From: Myxococcota bacterium
GTDB lineage: Bacteria; Myxococcota_A; UBA9160; SZUA-336
Length of the DNA: 64,000 bases
Direction: 5' to 3'
Assembly: GCA_046754285.1 (NCBI GenBank)
Contig: JBHHVJ010000008.1
Span: 20,659 to 84,658 of the forward strand
The position numbers were made by a program, and so were the translations under genes. Below the pieces are notes generated by a model. It did not search any database. It was not told the origin of the DNA and was given only the letters and a program-made list of their open reading frames with translations. This document shows, one piece after another, positions 1 to 9,881 of the stretch. Each line of letters starts with the position of its first letter. Position 1 is the first letter of the stretch.

Positions 1-2
1 AC

Positions 3-1510
3 CTGCGAGGACGTCTCCGGCTCGACGGTCGTGCCACGCTGCGCTTCGAGGCCGTGCTTCCCGGCCTGCTGACACTCGAGGATGCGAGGATCGATGCGGA
101 GGAGCTGCTCGGGGAGACGCCCCGGCTGCGGGGCGAGCTCGAGCTGCGCGAGGTCGACCTCGCAACGCTCCGGGAGCGGCTGGACCTCGAGCCCGAGCTC
201 GCGGGCGAGCTCGAGGGTCCGGTGCGCTTTGCCCTCCGCGGACGTGAGCTGGAGAAGGCCTCGCTCTCCCTCGCGGGCCGTGAGCTGCGGATCACTGCGG
301 CCCAGGGTCGGCTGCGTGGCGAGGCCGAGGTCGAGGCCGAGCTCGGCGGGGCGTGGCGCGCGGATCTGACCCGCAGCGAGCTCGACGTCGCGGGCTCGCT
401 CCACAAACCGAAAGGCGTGGAGCTGGCTCTGAGCGGGACACTCGGGAGCCAAGCCGACCTCTCCGCGCTGCGCGACGTGCTGATCGAGCTGGGTCCCAAC
501 CGGCTCCCGCTCGAGCTCGCGCTCAGCGAGCCCACGCCCCGTGTCACGGTCGCCCCCGCGAGACTCGAGCTCGCTCCCTTGGCCGGGCTGGTCCGCGATG
601 GGGTGGAGGGCCTCGGCGGAGAGGTCGTGCTGGAGCGCTGGAGCATCGGTCTGGCGCCCCTTGCCCTCGAGGGCCGTGCGCAGCTCGTCGGCGCCACGCT
701 TCAGCTCGAGCACGGTCCGGTGCGGGTGACCGGCCCGCTGCGCGGAGAGGGAAGCCGCCTGCTCGGCGAGGGCCTGCAGGTGACGGCCGGCGAACAGACC
801 GTCGAGATCGATCTGAGCTACGACCTGCGCGGCGGGAAGATCAGCCTCGGCAGCCGGGCGACCGAAGCCGACGTGGAGGCCCTCGCGTCGGCCCTCACCG
901 GTCACGACGAGCTCGCGGGCATCCTCGACCTGGACGTGCGGGTCGCGGGCCCGCCGGCGCCCGAGACGCTGAGCGGCTCGGGTCATCTCGCGATCCGCGA
1001 CGGTCGTCTGCGCGGCTTCTCGCTCCTCGAGCAGCTGCTCGGGAGCCTCGGCAAGCTGTCCCTCGAGGTCGCGCGCAGTCGCGGCCGCGACCTCTCGCGC
1101 TTCGAGGAGGAAGAGTTCCAGCTGTTCTCCGCGGACATCCGCATCGGGGGCGGCAAGCTGAGCAGCCAGAACTTCCTGCTCCAGTACGATCACGCGACCG
1201 CGCACCTGCACGGCTCGATCGGGCTCGTCGATGGAGCCCTCGACCTCGCCGGCCGGGTCGAGATCAGCGAGGAGCTCGACGCGGCGGTCGCAGGGCAGCC
1301 CACGGGTGCCCCCCGGGTCATTCCGATCGCGGGCATCCGCGGTACCCTGAGTCGACCGCGCGTGCACATCGACCGTGCCGTGCTGGCCGACTTGGCGGCC
1401 AGCTATCTGGGTCACGGACGCATGCACGAGAAGCTCGAGGAGAAGCTCGGCAAGGAAGGGGCGGAGGCCGTGGATGATCTGCTCCAGAAGATTCTTCGGG
1501 GTCGGAAGCG

Positions 1511-1514
<4 letters not shown>
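3..1514 (+). CDS. AsmA-like C-terminal domain protein (5'-partial; frame open to the window edge)
   Basis: Amphipathic beta-rich repeats; C-terminal '[20 protein letters not shown]...[15 protein letters not shown]' resembles AsmA_2; no in-frame stop upstream of 54. Confidence 0.7.
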
Positions 1515-2554
<1,040 letters not shown>

Positions 2555-2573
2555 AGATACACTTGAATCGTTC

Positions 2574-2601
2574 TCAGGGCCGAGGGACGTCCGACCGATA
2601 G
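2574..2601 (+). promoter_or_regulatory. Putative sigma28 (FliA/SigD)-type promoter
   Basis: TCAG-N16-ACCGATAG, 36 nt upstream of the 2638 start. Confidence 0.55.
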
Positions 2602-2637
2602 AGAGTGCGCACGCATGGCGTCGTGCGGGGGTGACGC

Positions 2638-4485
2638 TTGGCCAAGGAGATTCTGGTCGTCGAGGATGACGTCGAGCTTGCGCGCATGCTCGAGCGCGCG
2701 CTCGAGGGGCAGGGGTATCGCTCGCGCACGGCCCGCGACGGTGCGGCCGCGCTGCGCGAGGTTCGGCGCACCCCCCCCGACCTGATCCTGCTCGATCTCC
2801 TGCTGCCTCGCAAGGACGGGCGGTCGGTACTCGGCATGCTCCAGGAGTCGAAGGAGACGCGGGAGATCCCGGTGATCGTGATCAGCGGTGTCTTCCGCAA
2901 TCGCGCGCAGCGGCAGCAGCTCCTGGCGGCTGGGGCGCGGGCGTTCATCGAGAAGCCCTTCTCTCTGAAGACCCTGATGGGTCCGATCCACGAAATTCTG
3001 GGCCTCCCCTCGAAGAAGCCGGCGGCTCCGGCGGTCTCCACGGCGGCCGAGCGAACGGATCTCAGCCAGAAGCCAGCGGCCGAGGTGCTCTGGGAGGCGG
3101 CGCGGGCGGGCTTCTCCGGTGCCGTCCACCTCGAATGGGACAAGCGCTGCAAGCAGGTGATCTTTGAAGCGGGCGAGCCTCGTCTGATCCGCTCCAACGT
3201 CACCAGCGAGTGTATCGGTCGCAGGCTGCTGGACGCGGGGCGCATCGACGAGCGCGCGCTGAAGGAGTCGCTGCGCCGCTCCCAGCACCTCGAGCGCCGG
3301 CTCGGCGAGATCCTCGTCGAGATGGGAGCGCTCCCCGCGAAACAGCTCGAGCAGGCGCTGGCCGCTCAGGCCGAGGAGAAGCTGCTCGATCTGTTTGGCT
3401 GGACTGCGGGTCAGGCCTGGCGTCAGGAAGGCGTCCGCGAGGGTCTGCTCGCGACCGAGCTCACGGGCTGGACCGCACGGAGAATGATTCTGGCGGGGGT
3501 TCAGAGGATGAAGAAATCCGTCGTCACGGCGCGCTTGGCCCCCCACAGCGAAGAGCCCGTCGTACGCGAGGAGATCGAGCTCGCCGCCGACGAGCGGACT
3601 CCCCCGCTCGAGGCCCTGCTCCGCGCGATCGAGCCGAGGACGCGGGTGGGCGACCTCGTCGAGTCGCACGGCCGTCCCCTCTACGGAGCCTGGCTGGTGG
3701 GCGCGGTCCGCATCGGGGACAAGCCCGAGGCCGGCTCGACCGAGGCATCGGACCTCCTCGTCTCGCTCGAGCAGCAGCGTGCGCGCCAGGCCGAGCAGAG
3801 CCACTTCGAGGTCCTCGGGGTTCCCGAGGACGTCGGCACCGAGGAGGTCCGCCGCGCCTTCGTCGCGCTGGCCAAGCAGTACCACCCCGACCGTTTCAAG
3901 GCCCGCGGTGAAGCCGCGCAGCGCCTCGCGGCGGAGATCTTCGCTCGCATCTCCGTGGCCCACGACACGCTCTCCAATCCCGAGTCCCGGCGAAGCTACC
4001 GCGAGGCGCTGCGGCGTGGCGGCGGCAAGGTCCAGAGCAACGAGCAGGTGGCGCGTATCCTGAACGCCGAGCGGGAGTTCCGCAGCGGCCAGGAGCGGCT
4101 CCGCAAGCGCGACTACGCCGGAGCGCTGGCCTGCTTCGAGCGAGCCCTCGAGCTGGACTCCGAGGAGGGGGAGTTCCACGCCCTGGCGGGTTGGACCCAC
4201 TTTCTCGTGCATCGTGAGGAGGAGGAGGAGCGGCGTGCGGCCCTCCAGCGACTCCAGCGCAGCCTGACCCTCGCCCCCAAGTCACCGACGGGTTATTACT
4301 ACACCGGGCTCCTGCTCAAGGCTTGCGGAGACACGGCCCGGGCGGAGAAAATGTTCAAGAAGGCCGTCTCGGTCGCACCGGAGCATGTCGAGGCCACGCG
4401 GGAGCTGCGCCTGATCGAGAGACGCAAGCGCGAGGGTGCGGCCGCCGGGTCGACGGGCCTCTTTGGCCGTGGAAGGAAGAAGTGA
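2638..4485 (+). CDS. Multidomain protein: response-regulator receiver + DUF4388-like + DnaJ (J-domain) + TPR
   Basis: Receiver (ILVVEDD, LILLDLLLP, FIEKPF); J-domain HFEVLGV...YHPDRF with HPD; C-terminal TPR-like helices. Confidence 0.85.
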   Translation: MAKEILVVEDDVELARMLERALEGQGYRSRTARDGAAALREVRRTPPDLILLDLLLPRKDGRSVLGMLQESKETREIPVIVISGVFRNRAQRQQLLAAGARAFIEKPFSLKTLMGPIHEILGLPSKKPAAPAVSTAAERTDLSQKPAAEVLWEAARAGFSGAVHLEWDKRCKQVIFEAGEPRLIRSNVTSECIGRRLLDAGRIDERALKESLRRSQHLERRLGEILVEMGALPAKQLEQALAAQAEEKLLDLFGWTAGQAWRQEGVREGLLATELTGWTARRMILAGVQRMKKSVVTARLAPHSEEPVVREEIELAADERTPPLEALLRAIEPRTRVGDLVESHGRPLYGAWLVGAVRIGDKPEAGSTEASDLLVSLEQQRARQAEQSHFEVLGVPEDVGTEEVRRAFVALAKQYHPDRFKARGEAAQRLAAEIFARISVAHDTLSNPESRRSYREALRRGGGKVQSNEQVARILNAEREFRSGQERLRKRDYAGALACFERALELDSEEGEFHALAGWTHFLVHREEEEERRAALQRLQRSLTLAPKSPTGYYYTGLLLKACGDTARAEKMFKKAVSVAPEHVEATRELRLIERRKREGAAAGSTGLFGRGRKK

Positions 4486-5405
4486 TGGCGGTCGAGAAGA
4501 CCGGAAGAGTCTGGATGGATGGCGAGCTGATTCGCTGGGAGGACGCCCGCGTTCCCATCCTGACGCACACGCTCCATTACGGTCTGGGTGTCTTCGAGGG
4601 CATCCGCTGCTACGCCACGGACGACGGTCGCAGCGCGATCTTCCGGCTGCGCGACCACCTCGAACGTCTGCAGGGCTCCGCACGGATCCTGGAGCTCGAG
4701 CTGCCGTACTCCCTGCCGGAACTGGAGCAGGCCGTGCTGGCGACCTTCCGCGCCAGCGGCCTGCGCGACGGCTACATCCGACCGCTCGTCTTCCTGGGCG
4801 ATGGGGCCATGGGCCTGCTCCCTGCCGACAATCCGGTGCGCGTGGCGATCATGGTCTGGCCGTGGGGGACCTACCTGGGTGAGGAGAACCTCGAGCGGGG
4901 CATCCGCGCCAAGGTCTCCTCCTACATCCGTCAGCAGCCGAACGCCTCGATGACGAAGTCCAAGACCTGCGGCGACTACGTGAACTCCATCTTGGCCAAG
5001 CGCGAGGTCACGCGCTTCGGCTACGACGAGGCCGTGCTTCTCGACGCGCACGGGATGGTGGCCGAGGGCAGCGGGGAGAACATCTTCATCGTGCGACGCG
5101 GCATCCTCAAGACCCCCCCGCTCCAGTCCGTGCTCGAAGGCATCACGCGGGACTCCGTCATCACGATCGCGCGAGACAAGGGGATCGAGGTCGTGGAGCA
5201 GAGCTTCACGCGAGACGAGTTCTACCTGGCCGATGAAGCCTTCTTCAGCGGCACCGCAGCCGAGGTCACTCCGATCCGGGAGCTCGACGACCGCCAGATC
5301 GGTGCGGGCACGCGTGGCCCCATCACGCGAACGCTGCAGGCCACGTTCTTCGACGCCGCTCACGCCCGCTCCAGCAAGTACCAGGACTGGCTCACCTACG
5401 TCTGA
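4485..5405 (+). CDS. ilvE: Branched-chain amino acid aminotransferase
   Basis: THTLHYGLGVFEGIR, YIRPLVF, AEGSGENIF, LEGITRDS, GTAAEVTPI; ATG at 4485 overlaps the upstream TGA. Confidence 0.95.
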   Translation: MAVEKTGRVWMDGELIRWEDARVPILTHTLHYGLGVFEGIRCYATDDGRSAIFRLRDHLERLQGSARILELELPYSLPELEQAVLATFRASGLRDGYIRPLVFLGDGAMGLLPADNPVRVAIMVWPWGTYLGEENLERGIRAKVSSYIRQQPNASMTKSKTCGDYVNSILAKREVTRFGYDEAVLLDAHGMVAEGSGENIFIVRRGILKTPPLQSVLEGITRDSVITIARDKGIEVVEQSFTRDEFYLADEAFFSGTAAEVTPIRELDDRQIGAGTRGPITRTLQATFFDAAHARSSKYQDWLTYV

Positions 5406-5530
5406 GCGGTCCGCGGGGCAGGGTCCGCTCGTCGGACCACCCACGCTGCGCCCCGAATGGGAGACCGACTCGAGAGTCGGTCGACGCGCGCGCAGGCGAG
5501 CTGAGCTCGCCGATAACGCGCCAGGAAGGC

Positions 5531-5569
5531 AGGAGCCTGAGCGGAGACTCCGTCTCGGGTCAGGCTCCT
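5531..5569. terminator. Stem-loop between convergent genes (possible bidirectional terminator)
   Basis: aggagcctga ... tcaggctcct inverted repeat; no clear U-tract. Confidence 0.4.
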
Positions 5570-7088
5570 AGCCGATTCCGTAGCTGTAGAGCGTGTCCAG
5601 GACGTGCTCGCGCTGCAGGTCGTCGACGTGGGAGCCTACCGGCAGAAAGATACCGGAGACGGCCGCGCTGTCGGCCACCGGTAGGGTCGCCAGGTCGCGC
5701 TCCCGGAGCGGGAGCCGCAGGGAACGCGTCTCGATGCCGCTCTCGGCGAGCAGCTTGCAAAGGTCCTCGGGACCGGTGCGAGAGTGGCGGGTGACCCGAA
5801 GCAGGTACGACGAGTAGACCGGAAGCGCGTCGAGCGGTGTGGGGGGCACCTCGAAGGCGTCATAGCGCACGAGGTTGGCCGAGTACTCGCTCGCGTTTCT
5901 CCTGCGCTGCGCGAGCTCGTGCTCCAGGCCTGCCAGCCAGCGGCGCGTGGCCGCTGCCGGGCCGTCTCCCAGACGGTGTCGCGCGGCCGCGGCTCCCAGG
6001 CGCTCGGCGAGCGCGGGCGAGAGCGTGACCAGGGCCGGAGCCGCCGAGGCCGCGACCGCTGCCCTGAAGATGCACGTGCAGGGGTGCCCGCCGAGTCGCC
6101 CCTCCGCGAAGCGAGCGCCCAGGCTGCCCCCCGCGTCCTCGAGCACCTCGACGCCCGCCGCTTCGGCCCAAGCGTAGAGGCGATCCAGCGCGGCGGGCTG
6201 CCCGAAGGGATGGCCGATCACGACCGCACGCGTCCCGGGGGAGCGGACGGCATCCAGACGATCCGGGTCGAGCGTCAGCCGGCCCGGCTCCACGTCCACG
6301 AAGACCGGACGGGCACCGCGGCGCCGAATCGAGGCCACGGAGGCCACCGAGACCACGGCGGGGCAGATCACCTCCTGCTCGGGCGCGAGCTCGAGGGCCT
6401 CCCAGAGCAAATCGTAGGCGGTGCCGACCGAGCAGATCGCAAGCGCATGGTGGGCGCCCACGTAGGCCGCGAGCTCCGTCTCGAGCGCCGTCGTCTCCGG
6501 TCCGGGGGCCGCGCGCTCGTGGGCCGTCTCGACGCTCGAGAGCTCGACGGGCGCGCGGAACGGAACCGTGACCTCCATCGGGGAGCCGGTGGGCGCCAGC
6601 CGATTCAGGTAGCGGTCGAGTGTCTCGAGGATGGCGTCGACCATGCGCAGATAACGATCGGTGGCCTCCTCCTCGTCGCCGTCTTCGGGAACCGAGGTCT
6701 GCTCGACGACCTGACCGCGCTGTCGCAGCACGACGCCCTCGACACTCTTGGACAGGAAGCAGTCGATGATCTCGAGCAGCCCGAGGCGGCAGTTCCCTCC
6801 GATGGAGAGCGGGATCTGCGTGCTCATCCCGACCGTGATGGCGAGGTCGGGGCGAATCCGGTCGTCAAGCCAACGCACGATCTCCTCGCCGAGCTTGCGC
6901 GCGCTCCGTGCGGGCACGGACCCGCGGTTGCAGACCTCGAGAATCTCGGAGCAGAAGTCGCGCTCCGCATCCCCCTCCTGGCCGATGAATGCCACGACAC
7001 GCTCGCCCCGGTCGAGCAAATGCTCCAGCACACAGAGCGCGCGGTAGCTTCCCCCGATGACGACGATCCTCGGCCGTCTCATCGTCAT
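5568..7088 (-). CDS. Fusion of a formyltransferase-like N-terminal domain and a DegT/DnrJ/EryC1/StrS aminotransferase-like domain, both apparently degenerate
   Basis: Start MTMRRPRIVVIGG at 7088 with GGAGG RBS. C-terminal part has EVICPAV, GARPVFVDVEP, HPFGQPA, EDAGGSLGA but no SFxxxK PLP lysine. N-terminal part has a formyltransferase-like layout but no HxSLLP. Confidence 0.75.
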   Translation of the reverse strand: MTMRRPRIVVIGGSYRALCVLEHLLDRGERVVAFIGQEGDAERDFCSEILEVCNRGSVPARSARKLGEEIVRWLDDRIRPDLAITVGMSTQIPLSIGGNCRLGLLEIIDCFLSKSVEGVVLRQRGQVVEQTSVPEDGDEEEATDRYLRMVDAILETLDRYLNRLAPTGSPMEVTVPFRAPVELSSVETAHERAAPGPETTALETELAAYVGAHHALAICSVGTAYDLLWEALELAPEQEVICPAVVSVASVASIRRRGARPVFVDVEPGRLTLDPDRLDAVRSPGTRAVVIGHPFGQPAALDRLYAWAEAAGVEVLEDAGGSLGARFAEGRLGGHPCTCIFRAAVAASAAPALVTLSPALAERLGAAAARHRLGDGPAAATRRWLAGLEHELAQRRRNASEYSANLVRYDAFEVPPTPLDALPVYSSYLLRVTRHSRTGPEDLCKLLAESGIETRSLRLPLRERDLATLPVADSAAVSGIFLPVGSHVDDLQREHVLDTLYSYGIG

Positions 7089-7669
7089 GAACGCTCCTCC
7101 ATTCTTCCCTCCCGGATCGTCTGCGTTTGGTTTCGCATCGCGAACTGGATGATCCGCTCCCGGTCGTCGGACAGGATCTCTTCGAAGCCGAATGCCGTGA
7201 TCGGCCTGCCGTCGTCGTCGATCTGTACGTGCGCGACACGCGCGATGGCAAGAATCAACGGGACCCCCGAGTCCCACAGGTCGATGCGGGCCTCGAACGG
7301 ATCGCCGGGCTCGGTCTTCAAGCCGAAGGCCCCGGAGAAGCCCGAGCCCGACAGCACGATCTCGAGCCCTTCCGGTGCCGGAGCTCCACTCCGGGCCTGC
7401 TCGACGCGGGTGAGCACATCCAGCTTCTCGTCGATGCGCTCCAGAGCCAGGGCGATGTGCTGAAGGAGCTCCACGAGCGGGCGATTTTCGGGGCTGTGGC
7501 GCCGCTCGTCGAAGCTCAGCGGTGACAGCACCGAGGGGACCCGCTTGGCCCGCAAGCGCTGGCGCAGGCCCTCGAGCTCTCGATCGTCGAGGGCACGCAG
7601 CGTCACGCGTGCGAAGGTGGAGATGCGGAAGTACTCGCGACGTTCCGCGCCGGCCTCGGGTCCACTCAT
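7085..7669 (-). CDS. PilZ domain protein
   Basis: Start MSGPEAGAERREYFRI (RxxxR), coiled-coil insert, LSGSGF, C-terminal FGFEEILSDDRERIIQF; ATGA overlaps at both ends. Confidence 0.75.
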   Translation of the reverse strand: MSGPEAGAERREYFRISTFARVTLRALDDRELEGLRQRLRAKRVPSVLSPLSFDERRHSPENRPLVELLQHIALALERIDEKLDVLTRVEQARSGAPAPEGLEIVLSGSGFSGAFGLKTEPGDPFEARIDLWDSGVPLILAIARVAHVQIDDDGRPITAFGFEEILSDDRERIIQFAMRNQTQTIREGRMEERS

Positions 7670-8250
7670 GTGCGAATCTGATGCAGCAGCTCGCGAAACA
7701 CGCCCAGACTGCGGGGCAGGGTGTGGCCTGCGCGATCGGCCAGCCGGACGGGATCTCCGGCCTCCAGGTCGCCGACCAGTCCGCTGATCGATGCGCGCAG
7801 CTCCTCCTCCGCGAGCTTCCAGCCACGGTCGAGGGCGGCCCGCGTCGGGGGCTCGAGCTCGATGCAGGAGTGAATCCCACCGAGAAGGCCCACGAGGACG
7901 TCGAGCGCATCGACGACGGAGACGAGTCGACTCGCGGCCTGGTGCTCGCGTCCCACGCGGTAGTCGTCGGCGATGGAGCTCAGCACGCCGCAGATCCGCT
8001 CGATCCAGTCTCGAGTCTCGCTCAGACACTGGCGGGCCAGCTCGGCCGGGACGGCGGTGCTCACCTCGAGCGAGCGGATCGCACCGAGGTTGAACTCGTC
8101 GAGCCTTTCCTCTCCGATCTCTGTCCCGTTGATCCGCATGACGCACCGCACCTCGCCCGGCGGCGTGGCTTCCTCGATGATCCTTCGAAGCTCCTCGATC
8201 GAGCCGGGCTCCACCCCGCTCTCGGTCCCGTTCATGCTGAGCTGAATCAT
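7666..8250 (-). CDS. Hypothetical protein in the flagellin-associated operon
   Basis: 194-aa ORF with RBS GAGGTGAGGA, coupled to both neighbours. Confidence 0.7.
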   Translation of the reverse strand: MIQLSMNGTESGVEPGSIEELRRIIEEATPPGEVRCVMRINGTEIGEERLDEFNLGAIRSLEVSTAVPAELARQCLSETRDWIERICGVLSSIADDYRVGREHQAASRLVSVVDALDVLVGLLGGIHSCIELEPPTRAALDRGWKLAEEELRASISGLVGDLEAGDPVRLADRAGHTLPRSLGVFRELLHQIRT

Positions 8251-9881
8251 TCCTCACCTCCTCGGTTCTCGATCACGTCGTGCAGCACGGAGACGCGTCG
8301 CAGCAGCTTCGCGTAGTGACCCGCGCTGAGGTTCGCGAGCGTCGCAAGGTCCGCCTCGGGCAGGTCCTCGAGCTCTGCCTCGAGAGCCAGGCCGAGGGGC
8401 GAGAGCAGGGGTTCGGCCCGTGTGACGCTGTAGATCGCCTCGTCCGTCTCTTTGAGCCGCTTGCCCAGCTCCCGGAGGTGGGCGGGCTCCCGCTGTGCAT
8501 CGGCAATCCGATCGCTCAGGCTCCGCGCCGCCGCCGCGAGCTCGGCCAGCTTGCGGAGACCCGGAACGATCGTGTCGGGCAGCTCCCGCTGCCAGCCATC
8601 CGGCGCCACACCGAAGCGTTCCCACGCCTGGCGCCGCACGCGATCCGGCTGGGCCTCGAGGCCCTCAAAGCCCTCCAGGAACACCGCGCGATAGGCGAGG
8701 GCCATCAGGTCCGCGGAGGTGGGCCGCCTCGGATGCACGGGAACCAGCTCGTAGAGGCCGCGCTCGTCGAAGCTCGTGCGGAGCAGGTCCGCCCGTGGCA
8801 GGGCGGCGATCCCCTCGACGGGCTCGCCTCCCAGCATCCGATCGAGCAGCTCCGCCAGCCACTCCGGCGGTACATCGTCGTGGCACACGGCGTTTCGGCA
8901 CTCGACCTGATGGGAGCAGGGCGCGCAGCTCAGGCGCGAGTGGAGCACGAGGTGCCCGGGGGCGTAGACGGCGGTCTCGTACGGCATCCCCAGCCCCACG
9001 AACACCGCGCAGGTCGGCGTGTCCACGGCGGCCGCCAGGTGCATCGTGCCGGTGTCGCCCGTCAGGAGAAGCTCGCAGCGCTCCAGCACGGCGGCCAGCT
9101 CGTCGAGCCGCGTCTGGCCCACGAGATTCACGAAGCTCGTCTCCGGACAGGCGGCGACGAGAGCCCGTGCCGCATCGCTCTCGCCCCGGACACCGACGAG
9201 CACGACACGCAGCTCGGGAACGCGTCGGGCGAGGGCCCGGACGGTCGCCGCAAAGCGCTCCACCGGCCAGGTCTTGGCGTCCTGGCTGGCGCCGAGCTGG
9301 ACCGCGACGCAGAGGCCCGGACCGGCCAGCTTCTCGCTGGCGAGTGCGCGCGCGTGAGGCGGTACACGGACCATCAGCGAGGTGCCCTCGCGGAGCACGC
9401 CACAGGCACCCAGGTAGATCTCGACCAGGTTGAAGCGAGAGAGCCGCCTTGTGCGGACCAGCGTGGCCAGATGACCGAGCCATGCGTTGCCGACCCGACG
9501 ATGACCCTCCCGGTCGATCGTGAAGCCGATCGTGCGCTCCGCATCGAGGAGGGACACCAGAACCGCACTCGAGCGGGAGTGCGTGAAGTTCACCAGCTGG
9601 TCGAAGTGGAGCTGACAGAGTGGCTCGAGGGTGCGCCGGATCTCCTGGAACCGGGTCAGGAAGGAGCGTCCCGGCATCGCAACGACGCGGGCGAGAGCAT
9701 CCCCGTCGATCTCGTGGATGTGGTCCACCGCCGGCAGCATCTCGGCCGCTTCGCGGAATCGCGACTTCACGATCAGATGGATCATCGCCTCGGGGTGACG
9801 TTTGCGCAGCGCGGCCAGGACCGGAGAGGTCTGCACCAGGTCCCCGAAGCGCGTGAGGTTCAGGATTCCAATGCTCCTCAT
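8247..9881 (-). CDS. Glycosyltransferase family 9 (heptosyltransferase-like) with C-terminal helical extension
   Basis: Start MRSIGILNLTRFGDLVQT at 9881; QLGASQDAKTWP, LLTGDTGTMHLAAAV, CAPCSHQVEC. Confidence 0.88.
   Translation of the reverse strand: MRSIGILNLTRFGDLVQTSPVLAALRKRHPEAMIHLIVKSRFREAAEMLPAVDHIHEIDGDALARVVAMPGRSFLTRFQEIRRTLEPLCQLHFDQLVNFTHSRSSAVLVSLLDAERTIGFTIDREGHRRVGNAWLGHLATLVRTRRLSRFNLVEIYLGACGVLREGTSLMVRVPPHARALASEKLAGPGLCVAVQLGASQDAKTWPVERFAATVRALARRVPELRVVLVGVRGESDAARALVAACPETSFVNLVGQTRLDELAAVLERCELLLTGDTGTMHLAAAVDTPTCAVFVGLGMPYETAVYAPGHLVLHSRLSCAPCSHQVECRNAVCHDDVPPEWLAELLDRMLGGEPVEGIAALPRADLLRTSFDERGLYELVPVHPRRPTSADLMALAYRAVFLEGFEGLEAQPDRVRRQAWERFGVAPDGWQRELPDTIVPGLRKLAELAAAARSLSDRIADAQREPAHLRELGKRLKETDEAIYSVTRAEPLLSPLGLALEAELEDLPEADLATLANLSAGHYAKLLRRVSVLHDVIENRGGEE

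Noticed and set aside
5509-5516. Exact GCCGATAA sigma28 -10 box
   Set aside because: No -35 element at the matching spacing, and it points into the 3' end of an oppositely oriented gene.
7089-7910. N-terminal extension giving a 780-aa ORF
   Set aside because: It overlaps the PilZ and hypothetical genes; the RBS and ATGA coupling support a start at 7088.
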